Source: an uncultured Erysipelotrichaceae bacterium
Lineage (GTDB): Bacteria; Bacillota_I; Bacilli_A; RF39; UBA660
Direction of reading: 5' to 3'
Length of the DNA stretch: 60,610 nt
Assembly: GCA_902801685.1 (NCBI GenBank)
Contig: CADCIZ010000001.1
Span: forward strand, 1 to 60,610
The position numbers and the translations under genes are program-made. The notes below the pieces were generated by a model. It ran no database searches, was not told where the DNA came from, and worked only from the letters and a program-made list of their open reading frames with translations. Positions 1 to 9,538 of this stretch are shown one piece after another; positions within the stretch are counted from its first letter, which is position 1, and each line of letters begins with the position of its first letter.

Positions 1-498
1 CATCGTGCCATTTAAAGTAAGTAAGCCACAAAGAATAGACGCAAATACCGCTCCAATTACTCCACCACCAGATAATTTAACTCCATTATTAACAAAATCT
101 AGCATATTACTAACAGTAGCTTGTACAACCTCAACACCATTATCAATAACCTTAAAATGATTAACATCAATAGTATCACTATTTAAATTTTTAATATAAC
201 CAACATGAGATAATATACATACTGCAACTATAATTATATATAGTCCAACTAATTTCGGCGTAAAGAAATCTGGTTTCTTTCTTTTAACAATCATATATAT
301 ACCACATATACCTACAAGAATAAGTAACTCTGCCCACCAGACACCAACTAGGAATGAAGCAAAGCCCTTAATAATATCAGCAACTACCCCAAAAGGACAA
401 CAACCTATAATACATATTAAAAGTAATAGAATACCTTTAAGTTCAACTACATAATCTTTACTCTTCTTAACTTCTTTTCTTTTCTTCTTCTTTGCCAT
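1..498 (-). CDS. FtsK/SpoIIIE-family DNA translocase, N-terminal membrane part (3' end runs off the window)
   Basis: Open minus-strand frame from ATG (496-498) to base 1. It is absent from the ORF track because no stop lies in the window. Translation is MAKKKKRKEVKKSKDYVVELKGILLLLICIIG...KLSGGGVIGAVFASILCGLL: basic N-terminus, several TM helices and a GGGxIG motif as in FtsK N-termini. An extended -10 (TGTTATAAT, 516-524) lies upstream. Confidence 0.5.
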   Translation of the reverse strand, partial: MAKKKKRKEVKKSKDYVVELKGILLLLICIIGCCPFGVVADIIKGFASFLVGVWWAELLILVGICGIYMIVKRKKPDFFTPKLVGLYIIIVAVCILSHVGYIKNLNSDTIDVNHFKVIDNGVEVVQATVSNMLDFVNNGVKLSGGGVIGAVFASILCGLLTLNGTM

Positions 499-550
499 TT
501 TACCACCATACTGTAATTATAACACAAAATAATCTAATTTTATACAATTT

Positions 551-610
551 TCCTCCCTATAATATATATACAACAAAACTTTTAAATTCCCTTTTTTATT
601 TTGAAAAAAG
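551..610. repeat. Copy A of a ~60-bp repeat (CCTCCCTATAATATATATACAACAAAA ... GAAAAAAG), immediately 3' of the Rpn gene and 5' of ftsK
   Basis: Near-identical 28-bp core with copy B (1507-1570). The downstream half (CAACAAAACTTTTAAATTCCCTTTTTTATTTTGAAAAAAG) is near-identical to copy C (37575-37638). Confidence 0.8.
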
Positions 611-624
611 ACATAATTAATACC

Positions 625-1503
625 TTATATCTTTTCAATTTCTTCAATACTTAATCCAGTTATTTCTTTTATGTCTTCTATAGGATAATTCTTTTCTTTC
701 ATATTCCTAACAATATCAATTTCTTTTTCTTTTGAACCTTGTTTAATCCCTTGACGGGTACCTTCTTCAATTCCTTCACGTTTACATCTAATCTTTATAC
801 TATTTTCCATCATCTGTCTGTCTTCTTCATCTGTCATCCATTGATAGAATTCTGAATCTTGATTAAGTTTTTCAACATCCTTCTTGATTTTCTTCATATA
901 CTCATCCTCATCCTTTAAGTTTTTAAGTTCAAATTCATTAAGGGAAAACATAATGATACTTTTATATTTCTCATAATACTTTTCCTTCTCAATCCCACTT
1001 AAATTGTACCATGTGTTTCTAAAATAATCAACGTTTATATCAATGGTTCTTACAAATGGTATTTTCCTAATTCCTTTGGTTATATTAGTATATTCAGATA
1101 TTTCAAAACCATCTGCTTGATTACCAACAAAATTAATATTAAGTTGAATATGATCTTCTATATCAACATAATTAGTACCTTCTTTTACATCATGTACAGT
1201 TGATTGTATAAGATAGAAGAAGTTTCTAAACTCAGTTTCTTTATCATAAGTCAAATTAACCTCACAATTAATCTTCTTATCACCGATATCAACTAAAATA
1301 TCTACTGTCTTATTTTTAATATATATTCTATCCTTCGGTATTTCTGTATTTAATATTTTAATCGTATCAATTATAAGATTATCATAAAAATTAGATAGAA
1401 TATCTGTAAGAAATCTTTTAAGTAACGAATCATCTCTATAAAATACATTTTTGAAAACCGGATCATAATTTAAACCATAAAATTTTTTTTCATCTTTTGC
1501 CAT
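625..1503 (-). CDS. Rpn-family recombination-promoting nuclease / PD-(D/E)XK putative transposase
   Basis: 292 aa. The N-terminus YDPVFKNVF and the D..E.N nuclease-core pattern (VDILVDIGDKKINCEVNL) fit the family. The C-terminal EGIEEGTRQGIKQG repeat is typical of the Rpn/YhgA-like (TIGR01784-type) family. Confidence 0.7.
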   Translation of the reverse strand: MAKDEKKFYGLNYDPVFKNVFYRDDSLLKRFLTDILSNFYDNLIIDTIKILNTEIPKDRIYIKNKTVDILVDIGDKKINCEVNLTYDKETEFRNFFYLIQSTVHDVKEGTNYVDIEDHIQLNINFVGNQADGFEISEYTNITKGIRKIPFVRTIDINVDYFRNTWYNLSGIEKEKYYEKYKSIIMFSLNEFELKNLKDEDEYMKKIKKDVEKLNQDSEFYQWMTDEEDRQMMENSIKIRCKREGIEEGTRQGIKQGSKEKEIDIVRNMKEKNYPIEDIKEITGLSIEEIEKI

Positions 1504-1506
1504 AAT

Positions 1507-1570
1507 TTCCCTCCCTATAATATATATACAACAAAAATCATCACATTTCCTTCTTTTTTCGCAAAAAAAA
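1507..1570. repeat. Copy B of the ~60-bp repeat, immediately 5' of the Rpn gene (contains its RBS, TAGGGAGG on the minus strand)
   Basis: CCCTCCCTATAATATATATACAACAAAA matches copy A by direct reading. Confidence 0.8.
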
Positions 1571-1592
1571 TCAAGAAATTTTATCTTTCTTG
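1563..1592 (-). terminator. Rho-independent terminator after rpmF
   Basis: Minus strand: TCAAGAAA-gataaaa-TTTCTTGA followed by T8. Confidence 0.8.
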
Positions 1593-1605
1593 ACTAAACT
1601 CAATT

Positions 1606-1797
1606 TTATTTTTCTTCTTTATCTTTTATTTCAACAACTGTCTTTCCTTTATATGTTCCACACTTTGGACATACTCTATGTGGTCTTACAGCCTCACCAC
1701 ATTTTGGACAAGTTGCGACAACGTTTTCACTAATCTTATAGTGAGTTCTTCTTTTTCTACCTCTAGTATTACTTACTTTTCTAAATGGTACTGCCAT
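1606..1797 (-). CDS. rpmF: 50S ribosomal protein L32
   Basis: [30 protein letters not shown]: canonical L32 with a zinc ribbon. Confidence 0.95.
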   Translation of the reverse strand: MAVPFRKVSNTRGRKRRTHYKISENVVATCPKCGEAVRPHRVCPKCGTYKGKTVVEIKDKEEK

Positions 1798-1802
1798 TTA
1801 TC

Positions 1803-2282
1803 TCACCTACCTTCTTTTATTAAGTCTTCTAGTTCAGCAAGTGGTGAACTAGTTGTCTCATCATCAGTCACAAGTCTCCAGCCATCTCCCTTGATTTCAA
1901 GGCCCTCTGCTTCTGGACTTACAACACGCATGGGAATTTCCATTAATATATTCTCCCATATTATTGGAAAAATATCAAGTAAATTTGTAAAAAAATCATC
2001 ATTTTCGTTCAAAAATTCTATTAAAGAACCTTTTATTTCCGTTTTATAAGGATATTTTGTCGGTTTTAGTGTAATTGCGCATGGAATAACCATATCTCCT
2101 TCGACACTTAAATCTAACATTATTTGCTTTAAACTATTCTTATATATTTTTCCTTCAACATGGGTATCACATTCTAATAAGTCAGTTCCTTCTAATTCTT
2201 CTTTATTAAACTTGTAATCAATATTTACATCAATACTCTTATCTATATCATTATTAAGTCTTGTTAAATCAATATTCATCAA
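1803..2282 (-). CDS. yceD: YceD/DUF177 family protein
   Basis: 159 aa and acidic. It lies directly upstream of rpmF, the conserved yceD-rpmF pairing. Confidence 0.75.
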   Translation of the reverse strand: MMNIDLTRLNNDIDKSIDVNIDYKFNKEELEGTDLLECDTHVEGKIYKNSLKQIMLDLSVEGDMVIPCAITLKPTKYPYKTEIKGSLIEFLNENDDFFTNLLDIFPIIWENILMEIPMRVVSPEAEGLEIKGDGWRLVTDDETTSSPLAELEDLIKEGR

Positions 2283-2362
2283 ATCACCAAGGATATTATA
2301 CTTGATTTTTATAGTAATTGCAATTACCTAAATTTTCTTATATAATATCTCCGAGGTGTATT

Positions 2363-3475
2363 ATGGTTATAGGTATTATTTGTGAATATAATCCATTTCA
2401 TAATGGACATATTTATCATTTAAATAAGATAAAAGAAAAATATCCTACTTCTACTATTGTCCTAGTTATGTCAGGCGAAATTACGGAGCGTGGAGATATT
2501 AGTATTATAAATAAGTGGGATAAAACTGAAATTGCCCTAAAATATGGTGTTGATTTAGTCATCGAACTTCCTTTTAAATATTCAAGTCAATCAGCAGACT
2601 TATTTGCTAAAGGAGCAATGGAAATACTAAATGAACTTAAGGTAGATAGAATAATATTTGGTAGTGAATGTAATAATAAAGAACTACTTATGAAAGTTGC
2701 AACTATCCAGTTAAGTGAAGAATATAATGCATTAATTAAAAAATACTTAGATAAATATAGTTATCCAGATGCTTTAGGTAAAGCATTAAAAGACTTATCT
2801 GGTATTAATATTAATAATCCTAATGATTTATTAGGAATTAGTTATATTAAAGAGATTATTAAGAATAACTATAATATTGATTTTGAAACCATTAAAAGAA
2901 CTAATGACTATAATAGTAAAGAGTTAAATACAATATCTAGTGCGACCAGTATTAGAGAGGCTATTAAAAATAATATAGATATTACTCCTTATGTACCAAT
3001 AGAAACATTAAAAGTAATTGATAAAAGACTAGACTTAGATAATTATTTTGATCTTATTAAATATAAAGTATTATCTACTGATGATTTATCTTATATATTA
3101 GGTATAGATGAAAAAATAGAACCTAGAATAAAAAAAAGTATTTTAGTATCTAATGATATAGATGAATTAATTAAGAATATTAAAACCAAAAAGTATTCTT
3201 ATAATAGAATTAAAAGAATACTTATATATATACTTATAGATTATAAGAAAATAGAACATAATACCAATAACTATATTAGAATACTAGGATTTAATGAAAA
3301 AGGAAGAACTTATCTATCAAGTATAAAAGAAGATATAAAGTTTCCTATTATTACTAACTATTCTAATAGTAATAATTTAATAGATATTGATATTAGAATT
3401 AATAATATATTATCTATAAAAGCAAAGAAATATGATGAATTAAAACAAGTAATAAGAAAAATAGATATCAAGTGA
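2363..3475 (+). CDS. tmcAL: tRNA(Met) cytidine acetate ligase (YlbM/TmcAL family nucleotidyltransferase)
   Basis: VIGIICEYNPFHNGHIYHLNKIK is the HxGH nucleotidyltransferase motif of the UPF0348/YlbM family. Start chosen at ATG 2363 behind GAGGTG; the track ORF starts earlier at TTG 2318. Confidence 0.8.
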   Translation: MVIGIICEYNPFHNGHIYHLNKIKEKYPTSTIVLVMSGEITERGDISIINKWDKTEIALKYGVDLVIELPFKYSSQSADLFAKGAMEILNELKVDRIIFGSECNNKELLMKVATIQLSEEYNALIKKYLDKYSYPDALGKALKDLSGININNPNDLLGISYIKEIIKNNYNIDFETIKRTNDYNSKELNTISSATSIREAIKNNIDITPYVPIETLKVIDKRLDLDNYFDLIKYKVLSTDDLSYILGIDEKIEPRIKKSILVSNDIDELIKNIKTKKYSYNRIKRILIYILIDYKKIEHNTNNYIRILGFNEKGRTYLSSIKEDIKFPIITNYSNSNNLIDIDIRINNILSIKAKKYDELKQVIRKIDIK

Positions 3476-3478
3476 TAT

Positions 3479-4414
3479 CTATTTTAATTTACTCTTATAT
3501 ACATTTATAACTGGTCTAACATAAGCTAAAGTATCATAAGATGCTTTATATGCATAATTATTATTATCATAATTAACTAAGATAAATGCATCATCTACCC
3601 AGTATTCTTTATTAACATATCCAATCCAATAAGGAGTATTAATACCTTCATAATAACTAGTATTAGTTTTATCAACAAAACCTAACTCTTTTAAATCATT
3701 TAAATTAATCAATCTTATCTTTGAACCATCAACTTCTTTTAAATCATCAGAAATATTATTTATATAATTATTAAGTATATTATTTATATTAGATTCATTA
3801 TAATTAATCGCATCACTTATAGTATCTCTTTTAAGCAAAGTTACATAATCATTATCACTACTTAATACATACCAATAAGAATCGTTATAATATATCGCAC
3901 TACCTACCTCATAATTATTACTAATTTTAGTAGCCTTCTCATATTTAATACACTTATTATTATCTAACTCATAAGAGGTAGGACATACATATCCATCAAT
4001 CAAAGTAATACCGCCTAAATAAAATCTAAATTTATTTAAATCACTATTATCAACTTTACCATCAAAAGTAACATCTGCTACTTTATCAAATCCAACTCCA
4101 TCATTAGTATTATTTAAATAATTAACTAATAATTGTTCATCTAAATTATCTATTACTCCATCATTATTAATATCACCTAATTTTTGTGCATTAATTTCTA
4201 GTTTACATCTATTACCACTAAGTTCATAACCTTCATTACAAATAAATTTATTTGTAACAGAGTTTCCCATAAGTGATAATAAATCACCATTCATAGTTAT
4301 TCCTAGCATAATGACAAATAAGAATAATGATGCAACTACAGGTAATACTAACTTTTTAGTTTTAACTTTTACTTTTGTCTTAGGTTTAATATTTGGACTT
4401 TTTGATGGATTCAT
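3479..4414 (-). CDS. Secreted/anchored protein: N-terminal TM, Cys hairpins, dockerin-like Ca-binding repeat pair, lectin-like C-terminus (paralog of the DGR target C-domain)
   Basis: GDINNDGVIDNLDEQLL and DVTFDGKVDNSDLNKF form a dockerin/EF-hand-like pair. CNEGYELSGNRC and CPTSYELDNNKC are Cys hairpins. The C-terminus YWIGY...YVRPVINV resembles the YWTMS...VRPV ends of 11680-12693 and 18354-19256. Confidence 0.55.
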   Translation of the reverse strand: MNPSKSPNIKPKTKVKVKTKKLVLPVVASLFLFVIMLGITMNGDLLSLMGNSVTNKFICNEGYELSGNRCKLEINAQKLGDINNDGVIDNLDEQLLVNYLNNTNDGVGFDKVADVTFDGKVDNSDLNKFRFYLGGITLIDGYVCPTSYELDNNKCIKYEKATKISNNYEVGSAIYYNDSYWYVLSSDNDYVTLLKRDTISDAINYNESNINNILNNYINNISDDLKEVDGSKIRLINLNDLKELGFVDKTNTSYYEGINTPYWIGYVNKEYWVDDAFILVNYDNNNYAYKASYDTLAYVRPVINVYKSKLK

Positions 4415-4456
4415 ACATACCCTACTTTCTATCTATAAATAATATTATCATTATTT

Positions 4457-6529
4457 TTAGATTTTTGCAATACTACTATGTCCTTTCATAATTTTCTTTA
4501 TACCATATGGATGCTTAAAAGCAATTGTTAATATACTTTTATCAATTCCAACTATAACTCCAAGGCCAAATTCACTATGTTTTACTTTCTCACCTAATGA
4601 ATAATTAATACTATCATCTATTGTAATTCTAGATTTTTTACTATTTCCAGTAATCTTTATATCATCAAGATAATCATCACTAATTTCATTGATAAATCTA
4701 CTTTTAGGATTATGATTATCAAGTCCATAAAGCATTCTTGTATTACAACTTGTTATATATAACTTCTTCTTAGCCCTAGTAACTGCCACATAACATAGTC
4801 TTCTTTCTTCTTCAAGTTCATCATTAGACTCTATAGATCTACTATGTGGAAATAAGTTCTCTTCCATACCTATTAAAAATACATAATCAAACTCTAAACC
4901 TTTAGCTGCATGGACAGTCATCATTGTAACTACATCTTTATTATCTTTAGCCTCTTCTATATCAGATACTAAACTTATTTCATTTAAGAAATCTTCTAAA
5001 GATATAATTCCATATCTAGATTCAAAATTCATAGTAATTGATTTAAATTCTTCTAAGTTTTCTAATCTAGCTATTGACTCAATACTATCTTCTTTCTCTA
5101 AAGTTGCTCTTATTCCCGTTTTATCAAGTATATCATCAACTAATTCTGTTAAAGACAAATCTTTACTATCTTTAATAAGTTCTAATATAAGTTTTTTAAA
5201 CTCTAATTCTTTTCCCGAATCTATTGCTTCAAACATACTTATATTATTATTTATTGCCTTTAAACTTATCTTCTCAATAGTTTTTAAACCTATCTTTCTT
5301 TTAGGTACATTAATTATTCTAGTTAAACTAATATCATCATTAGTATTATATATTAATCTTAAATAACTAATTAAATCCTTGATTTCCCTTCTATTATAAA
5401 AGTAAAAACTTCCAACTATTTTATAAGGGATATTCTCCCCTAACATAACCTCTTCGATATTTCTTGATAAAGCATTAGTTCGATAAAGAATTGCGATAGA
5501 ATCTTTAGGTACACCATTTGATATTAACTCACTTATTTTAGATACTATATAATTTGCTTCATCACGTTCATCCATACATCTTTTACAAGTTATTTTATCT
5601 CCATTATCATTAGATGTCCAAAGATTTTTATCTTTTCTATTTTTATTATTCGCAATAATATCATTAGCTGCTCCTAGTATAGTTTTAGTAGAACGATAGT
5701 TCTGTTCAAGCATTACTACTATTGCATTAGGATAATCTTTTTCAAAATTTAAAATATTACGATAGTTAGATCCTCTAAATCCATATATACTTTGATCTTG
5801 ATCACCTACTACACATATATTTTTATACTTAGCACTTAACATCTTAGTTAGAATATATTGGACTTGATTAGTATCTTGATACTCATCTATTAGTATATAT
5901 TTATATTTTTCTTGATATATTTTTAATACTTCAGGATGACTTTGAAATACTCTAATTGGTAATAATAATAAGTCATCAAAATCAACAGAATTATTAGAAA
6001 GCAATCTTGCTTGATACTTACGATATATAGATACAACGACACTGTCAATCTCATTACAAGTAAACTTATCTAATTCATCTGGACTCATTAATTCATTCTT
6101 CGCACTACTAATTTTATTTCTAATTGTTTTAGGACTATAATGTTTAGAATCAAATCCTGAATCTTTTACAAGTTTCTTAATAAGTGATAATACATCATCA
6201 CTATCTATAATAGTAAAGTTTTTACTTAAACCAACATATTCATAATACTTTTTTAATATAGTAAGACCAAAGGAATGAAATGTTGATATCTGCATATATC
6301 GCGCTTTGTCACCTATTAAATTAGTAATACGTTCTTTCATTTCTGTTGCAGCTTTATTAGTAAAAGTGATTGCCAGAATATTATATGGATCAATACCTTT
6401 TTCTATTAAATAGGCAATACGAGTAGTTAATACTTTTGTTTTTCCAGAACCCGCTCCTGCCATAACAAGCATCGGACCATCTATATGTTTAACCGCACTA
6501 ATCTGTTCTTTATTTAAACCATCTAACAT
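4457..6529 (-). CDS. pcrA: ATP-dependent DNA helicase PcrA/UvrD (SF1)
   Basis: LNKEQISAV..MLVMAGAGSGKTKVLTTRIAYL (Walker A), ILIDEYQDTN and VMTVHAAKGLEFDYVF. Start set at the second ATG (6529), behind GGTGG. Confidence 0.9.
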   Translation of the reverse strand: MLDGLNKEQISAVKHIDGPMLVMAGAGSGKTKVLTTRIAYLIEKGIDPYNILAITFTNKAATEMKERITNLIGDKARYMQISTFHSFGLTILKKYYEYVGLSKNFTIIDSDDVLSLIKKLVKDSGFDSKHYSPKTIRNKISSAKNELMSPDELDKFTCNEIDSVVVSIYRKYQARLLSNNSVDFDDLLLLPIRVFQSHPEVLKIYQEKYKYILIDEYQDTNQVQYILTKMLSAKYKNICVVGDQDQSIYGFRGSNYRNILNFEKDYPNAIVVMLEQNYRSTKTILGAANDIIANNKNRKDKNLWTSNDNGDKITCKRCMDERDEANYIVSKISELISNGVPKDSIAILYRTNALSRNIEEVMLGENIPYKIVGSFYFYNRREIKDLISYLRLIYNTNDDISLTRIINVPKRKIGLKTIEKISLKAINNNISMFEAIDSGKELEFKKLILELIKDSKDLSLTELVDDILDKTGIRATLEKEDSIESIARLENLEEFKSITMNFESRYGIISLEDFLNEISLVSDIEEAKDNKDVVTMMTVHAAKGLEFDYVFLIGMEENLFPHSRSIESNDELEEERRLCYVAVTRAKKKLYITSCNTRMLYGLDNHNPKSRFINEISDDYLDDIKITGNSKKSRITIDDSINYSLGEKVKHSEFGLGVIVGIDKSILTIAFKHPYGIKKIMKGHSSIAKI

Positions 6530-6565
6530 AAATACCACCAACATAATAATATCAAAAAAGATATA

Positions 6566-8314
6566 CTATTTACAAGTATATCCTGATTCGCGCATCTCTT
6601 TTTTCATCTGACTTTTAGAAGAATTCTTAAGACTAGTTCCATACCAAGATTCTAACTCTTTCTTAGTAAAATTCATATTAATATCAAAGCCATCTTCATT
6701 TTCTACAAAAGAAACATTAAAACCTAACCCTTGATATTGGTTCTTAAGTTCTTCTAAGTATGAATCCTTCTTATCCAAATGGTCACTATCAAAGGTAAGA
6801 CTCTGAGTAAAATTTGCCGTTGATAAACTATTACCTTTAAATCTCATAACCATTGATTCATCTAATATAAACTGTTCATTAGAATAATCTTGAAGTCCAC
6901 ATACTAACTTATCTTCTTTAAAAAACATAAAATAACTTAAAATTGCTACCGCACCTACTATTAATAGAGTTATAATAAGCAAAATAATAAACAATCCTTT
7001 CTTCTTTTTCTTCTTCTTAGGTTTACCACTTTTATCAATATTAGCATTCTCGTTATTAGCCACAACTGTATCTTTTGTATCAGCATTAATACTAGTGTTA
7101 TTATCAAAATTAGTTATTAACTCTTCAACATCATCATTAGAATTATTAGTATTAAATCCTATATTAGTTGTATCAACATCAAACCCACTAGAATTTTCTA
7201 TATCACTTATTGAAGTAGTAGGAATCTCAACTACTTGATTATTATCCATAGTATCATTTAAGTTATAATCTTGAGCATTATCATTTGCTTGTTGATTATT
7301 TCCTTGTTCATTCATTGGAGCCACAGATGATAATTCATTATTATTAACAATATTATTTGCCTGAGGAGTGTTTATTTCGTTAACCATATTGTTTTGACTA
7401 GATATATCCTGAGGTACCCCTACATTTCTTTGCACATCCATAGAATTTACGGATGATACAACATTATTATTAGCAACACTATTTACTAATGGAATATTAA
7501 TTTCTGGTTGTAATTGATTAACTACATTATTCTCGTTAGGCAATTCTTGAGGTGTTACCACATTACTCTGTACGTTTATAGGGTTAATTGATGATACTTC
7601 ATTATGGCTAGGAACATCTTGAAATACCCCTACATTACTTTGTTCATTCATAGGATTAATAGATGGTATTGCAATCTCTTTTTGTAAATTAATCTGATTT
7701 ACAGTTGACACATCCTGTACATTATTATTAATACTTCCACCAAAAATATTTAAAGGATCACTATTAGTATTTTGATTAATCTCACCAACACTATTTAAAT
7801 TATTATTTACTGGATTATTAATTGTTGGTATACTTGTTCTATTAGATATATCACTATTACCAGAAAACATACTAAATGGTGATTCCATATTATTTCTAGG
7901 TGTTTGATTAGAAACTGTATTAGGATTATTATTAGCAACTGGTATATTAGGTATAACTTGATTATCACCCTTAAATTGTTCATTATTTACACTAGCAGTA
8001 TTTACAACTGGATTATTAGTAATATTCATCTGTGGCATCACAGGAGTATTATTAATAGAATTTTGATTAGAAACATTACCATTATTAACACTTTCAAACT
8101 GATCCATTAAATCAAATACAGAAGTATTATTATCTACAGTAGGAGTTTCATAACTATTATTAAAATTAGTAAAATTACTAATAGGAGGTAATCCATACTT
8201 ATCATGTACATTATTTGTATCCATATTTGTTCCTAATGGTACAGTACCCATTGGTGGAAGTGAATTATTAACTCCAGTATTATCAATCCCTATATTATTC
8301 TTTTCTTCATTCAT
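6566..8314 (-). CDS. Asn/Pro/Val-rich low-complexity membrane protein (K8 stop-transfer, one TM, ~125-aa C-terminal globular domain)
   Basis: 582 aa. The N-terminal ~430 aa are low complexity with degenerate repeats (S.NPMNEQSNVGV.QD...). These are followed by KPKKKKKKKG, the TM LFIILLIITLLIVGAVAILSYFMFF, and a C-terminal domain. Confidence 0.5.
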   Translation of the reverse strand: MNEEKNNIGIDNTGVNNSLPPMGTVPLGTNMDTNNVHDKYGLPPISNFTNFNNSYETPTVDNNTSVFDLMDQFESVNNGNVSNQNSINNTPVMPQMNITNNPVVNTASVNNEQFKGDNQVIPNIPVANNNPNTVSNQTPRNNMESPFSMFSGNSDISNRTSIPTINNPVNNNLNSVGEINQNTNSDPLNIFGGSINNNVQDVSTVNQINLQKEIAIPSINPMNEQSNVGVFQDVPSHNEVSSINPINVQSNVVTPQELPNENNVVNQLQPEINIPLVNSVANNNVVSSVNSMDVQRNVGVPQDISSQNNMVNEINTPQANNIVNNNELSSVAPMNEQGNNQQANDNAQDYNLNDTMDNNQVVEIPTTSISDIENSSGFDVDTTNIGFNTNNSNDDVEELITNFDNNTSINADTKDTVVANNENANIDKSGKPKKKKKKKGLFIILLIITLLIVGAVAILSYFMFFKEDKLVCGLQDYSNEQFILDESMVMRFKGNSLSTANFTQSLTFDSDHLDKKDSYLEELKNQYQGLGFNVSFVENEDGFDINMNFTKKELESWYGTSLKNSSKSQMKKEMRESGYTCK

Positions 8315-8409
8315 ACGATCATTCCTTTACGATATAAGTATATCAATCATTCTAAGAAAAGTCAATTATGTAAACCAGCTAAAAAAAGATTCTAGATAAA
8401 CTCTAAAAT

Positions 8410-9180
8410 CTATAAATTATTATTTTTATTCTTCTTATTATTACTTAATTTAATTGTTATTCCAATAACTGCGCCTACTATCGCTCCAACAATAGTTCCA
8501 ATTAAAATAGAATTAAGAGAACTATCACTTTTTTCCTTATTAGGATTAGGTGAAATAACCATATTATCATCATTATTATTTTCATCATTATTATCAACAG
8601 TATTTACGTCATACTTAGTAGAAGATACAATACCATCTATCTCATTAATCTCGCTATCAGTAAATTCACTACTATTCTTCTGTACTTTAAACTGATATAA
8701 ATAATTATTAACAATAGTAATATAATCAATAACATATATATTTAAACTACTATCTAAATAAGACATCTTTAAGTATTTAACACCATTTGCATTATAAATA
8801 GCCTCTTTAGCATTATACACTTCATACTGACTTCTTAATTCACTAGTTTCCTTCATAATATCACTATCAGTTAAACTACTCATATTATCTACATCACTAG
8901 TCTCTTTTTTATATATAAGAAATATCTCCTTACTAAAATCCTTAGTAAAAGCATCCATATAATAACTATTAACAGTCCATTTAGAATAAGTGTTGGTAAT
9001 ATCAGTATCACTAAATCCATAATTAGCAAGTACTTCTTTATAGTTATCACGAGTAACAATAGCCCAATCATCACCAAAAGTAATACTATTAATATCAGTA
9101 TTACTAATACCTACAGTCTCACCTTTAACAATAAAAGGAATAAATAAAAATAATAATAAAATAAATCTAAATTTCTTCAT
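8410..9180 (-). CDS. Hypothetical exported protein with a C-terminal membrane anchor
   Basis: Signal peptide MKKFRFILLLFLFIPFIVKG, a C-terminal GxxxG-type TM (LIGTIVGAIVGAVIGITI) and a basic tail. Start at ATG 9180 behind GGAGAG. Confidence 0.5.
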   Translation of the reverse strand: MKKFRFILLLFLFIPFIVKGETVGISNTDINSITFGDDWAIVTRDNYKEVLANYGFSDTDITNTYSKWTVNSYYMDAFTKDFSKEIFLIYKKETSDVDNMSSLTDSDIMKETSELRSQYEVYNAKEAIYNANGVKYLKMSYLDSSLNIYVIDYITIVNNYLYQFKVQKNSSEFTDSEINEIDGIVSSTKYDVNTVDNNDENNNDDNMVISPNPNKEKSDSSLNSILIGTIVGAIVGAVIGITIKLSNNKKNKNNNL

Positions 9181-9401
9181 ACCCACTCTCCTATCTATAA
9201 ACATGATACCATAAATATACTTATTTGAAAAGAAAAAATTACAGTAATAATTATACTAGTCTTCACCTTAGTTACCAAAGAATATAATTACCTGTAATTA
9301 CTTTTTCTTGTATTATTTATACCATACAAGAGGAATAATACTTGTTTCCTTAATCTTTTCATCATTAACCTTAGTATAACAATACATAGTTTTTAAGGAA
9401 T

Positions 9402-9488
9402 CTGGGCGAACGACGTTATTATAGTTATTCCAGACCTTATTAGCATTCACATTACCATTATTGTTAATATTCCAGACACGACGAGCCT
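9402..9488 (-). repeat. DGR template repeat (TR), non-coding, downstream of the RT
   Basis: Gap-free 87-bp alignment to 11709-11795. On the minus strand it reads ..GCTCGTCGTGTCTGGAATATTAACAATAATGGTAATGTGAATGCTAATAAGGTCTGGAATAACTATAATAACGTCGTTCGCCCAG, with 11 AAY codons in the VR frame. Confidence 0.9.
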
Positions 9489-9509
9489 TGCAGTAATATC
9501 CCTAACAGT

Positions 9510-9538
9510 ATTATACTAATTATTTGTTAATTATTCAA
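9510..9538 (-). promoter_or_regulatory. Candidate SigA-type promoter reading into the TR
   Basis: Minus strand TTGAAT (9533-9538), 17 nt, TATAAT (9510-9515). It overlaps the RT stop codon about 20 nt upstream of the TR. Confidence 0.4.

Noticed and set aside
3479-3600. Possible VR at the 3' end of the dockerin-like paralog 3479-4414
   Set aside because: The protein ends with a YVRPVINV-type motif, but the DNA (…ACTGGTCTAACATAAGC…) shows no extended identity to the TR.
3479-4414. Cellulosome component, inferred from the dockerin-like repeats here and in 30129-33206
   Set aside because: Only the Ca-binding repeat pair is present. No cohesin, scaffoldin or glycoside hydrolase genes are in the window. 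Dockerin-like modules occur widely outside cellulosomes.
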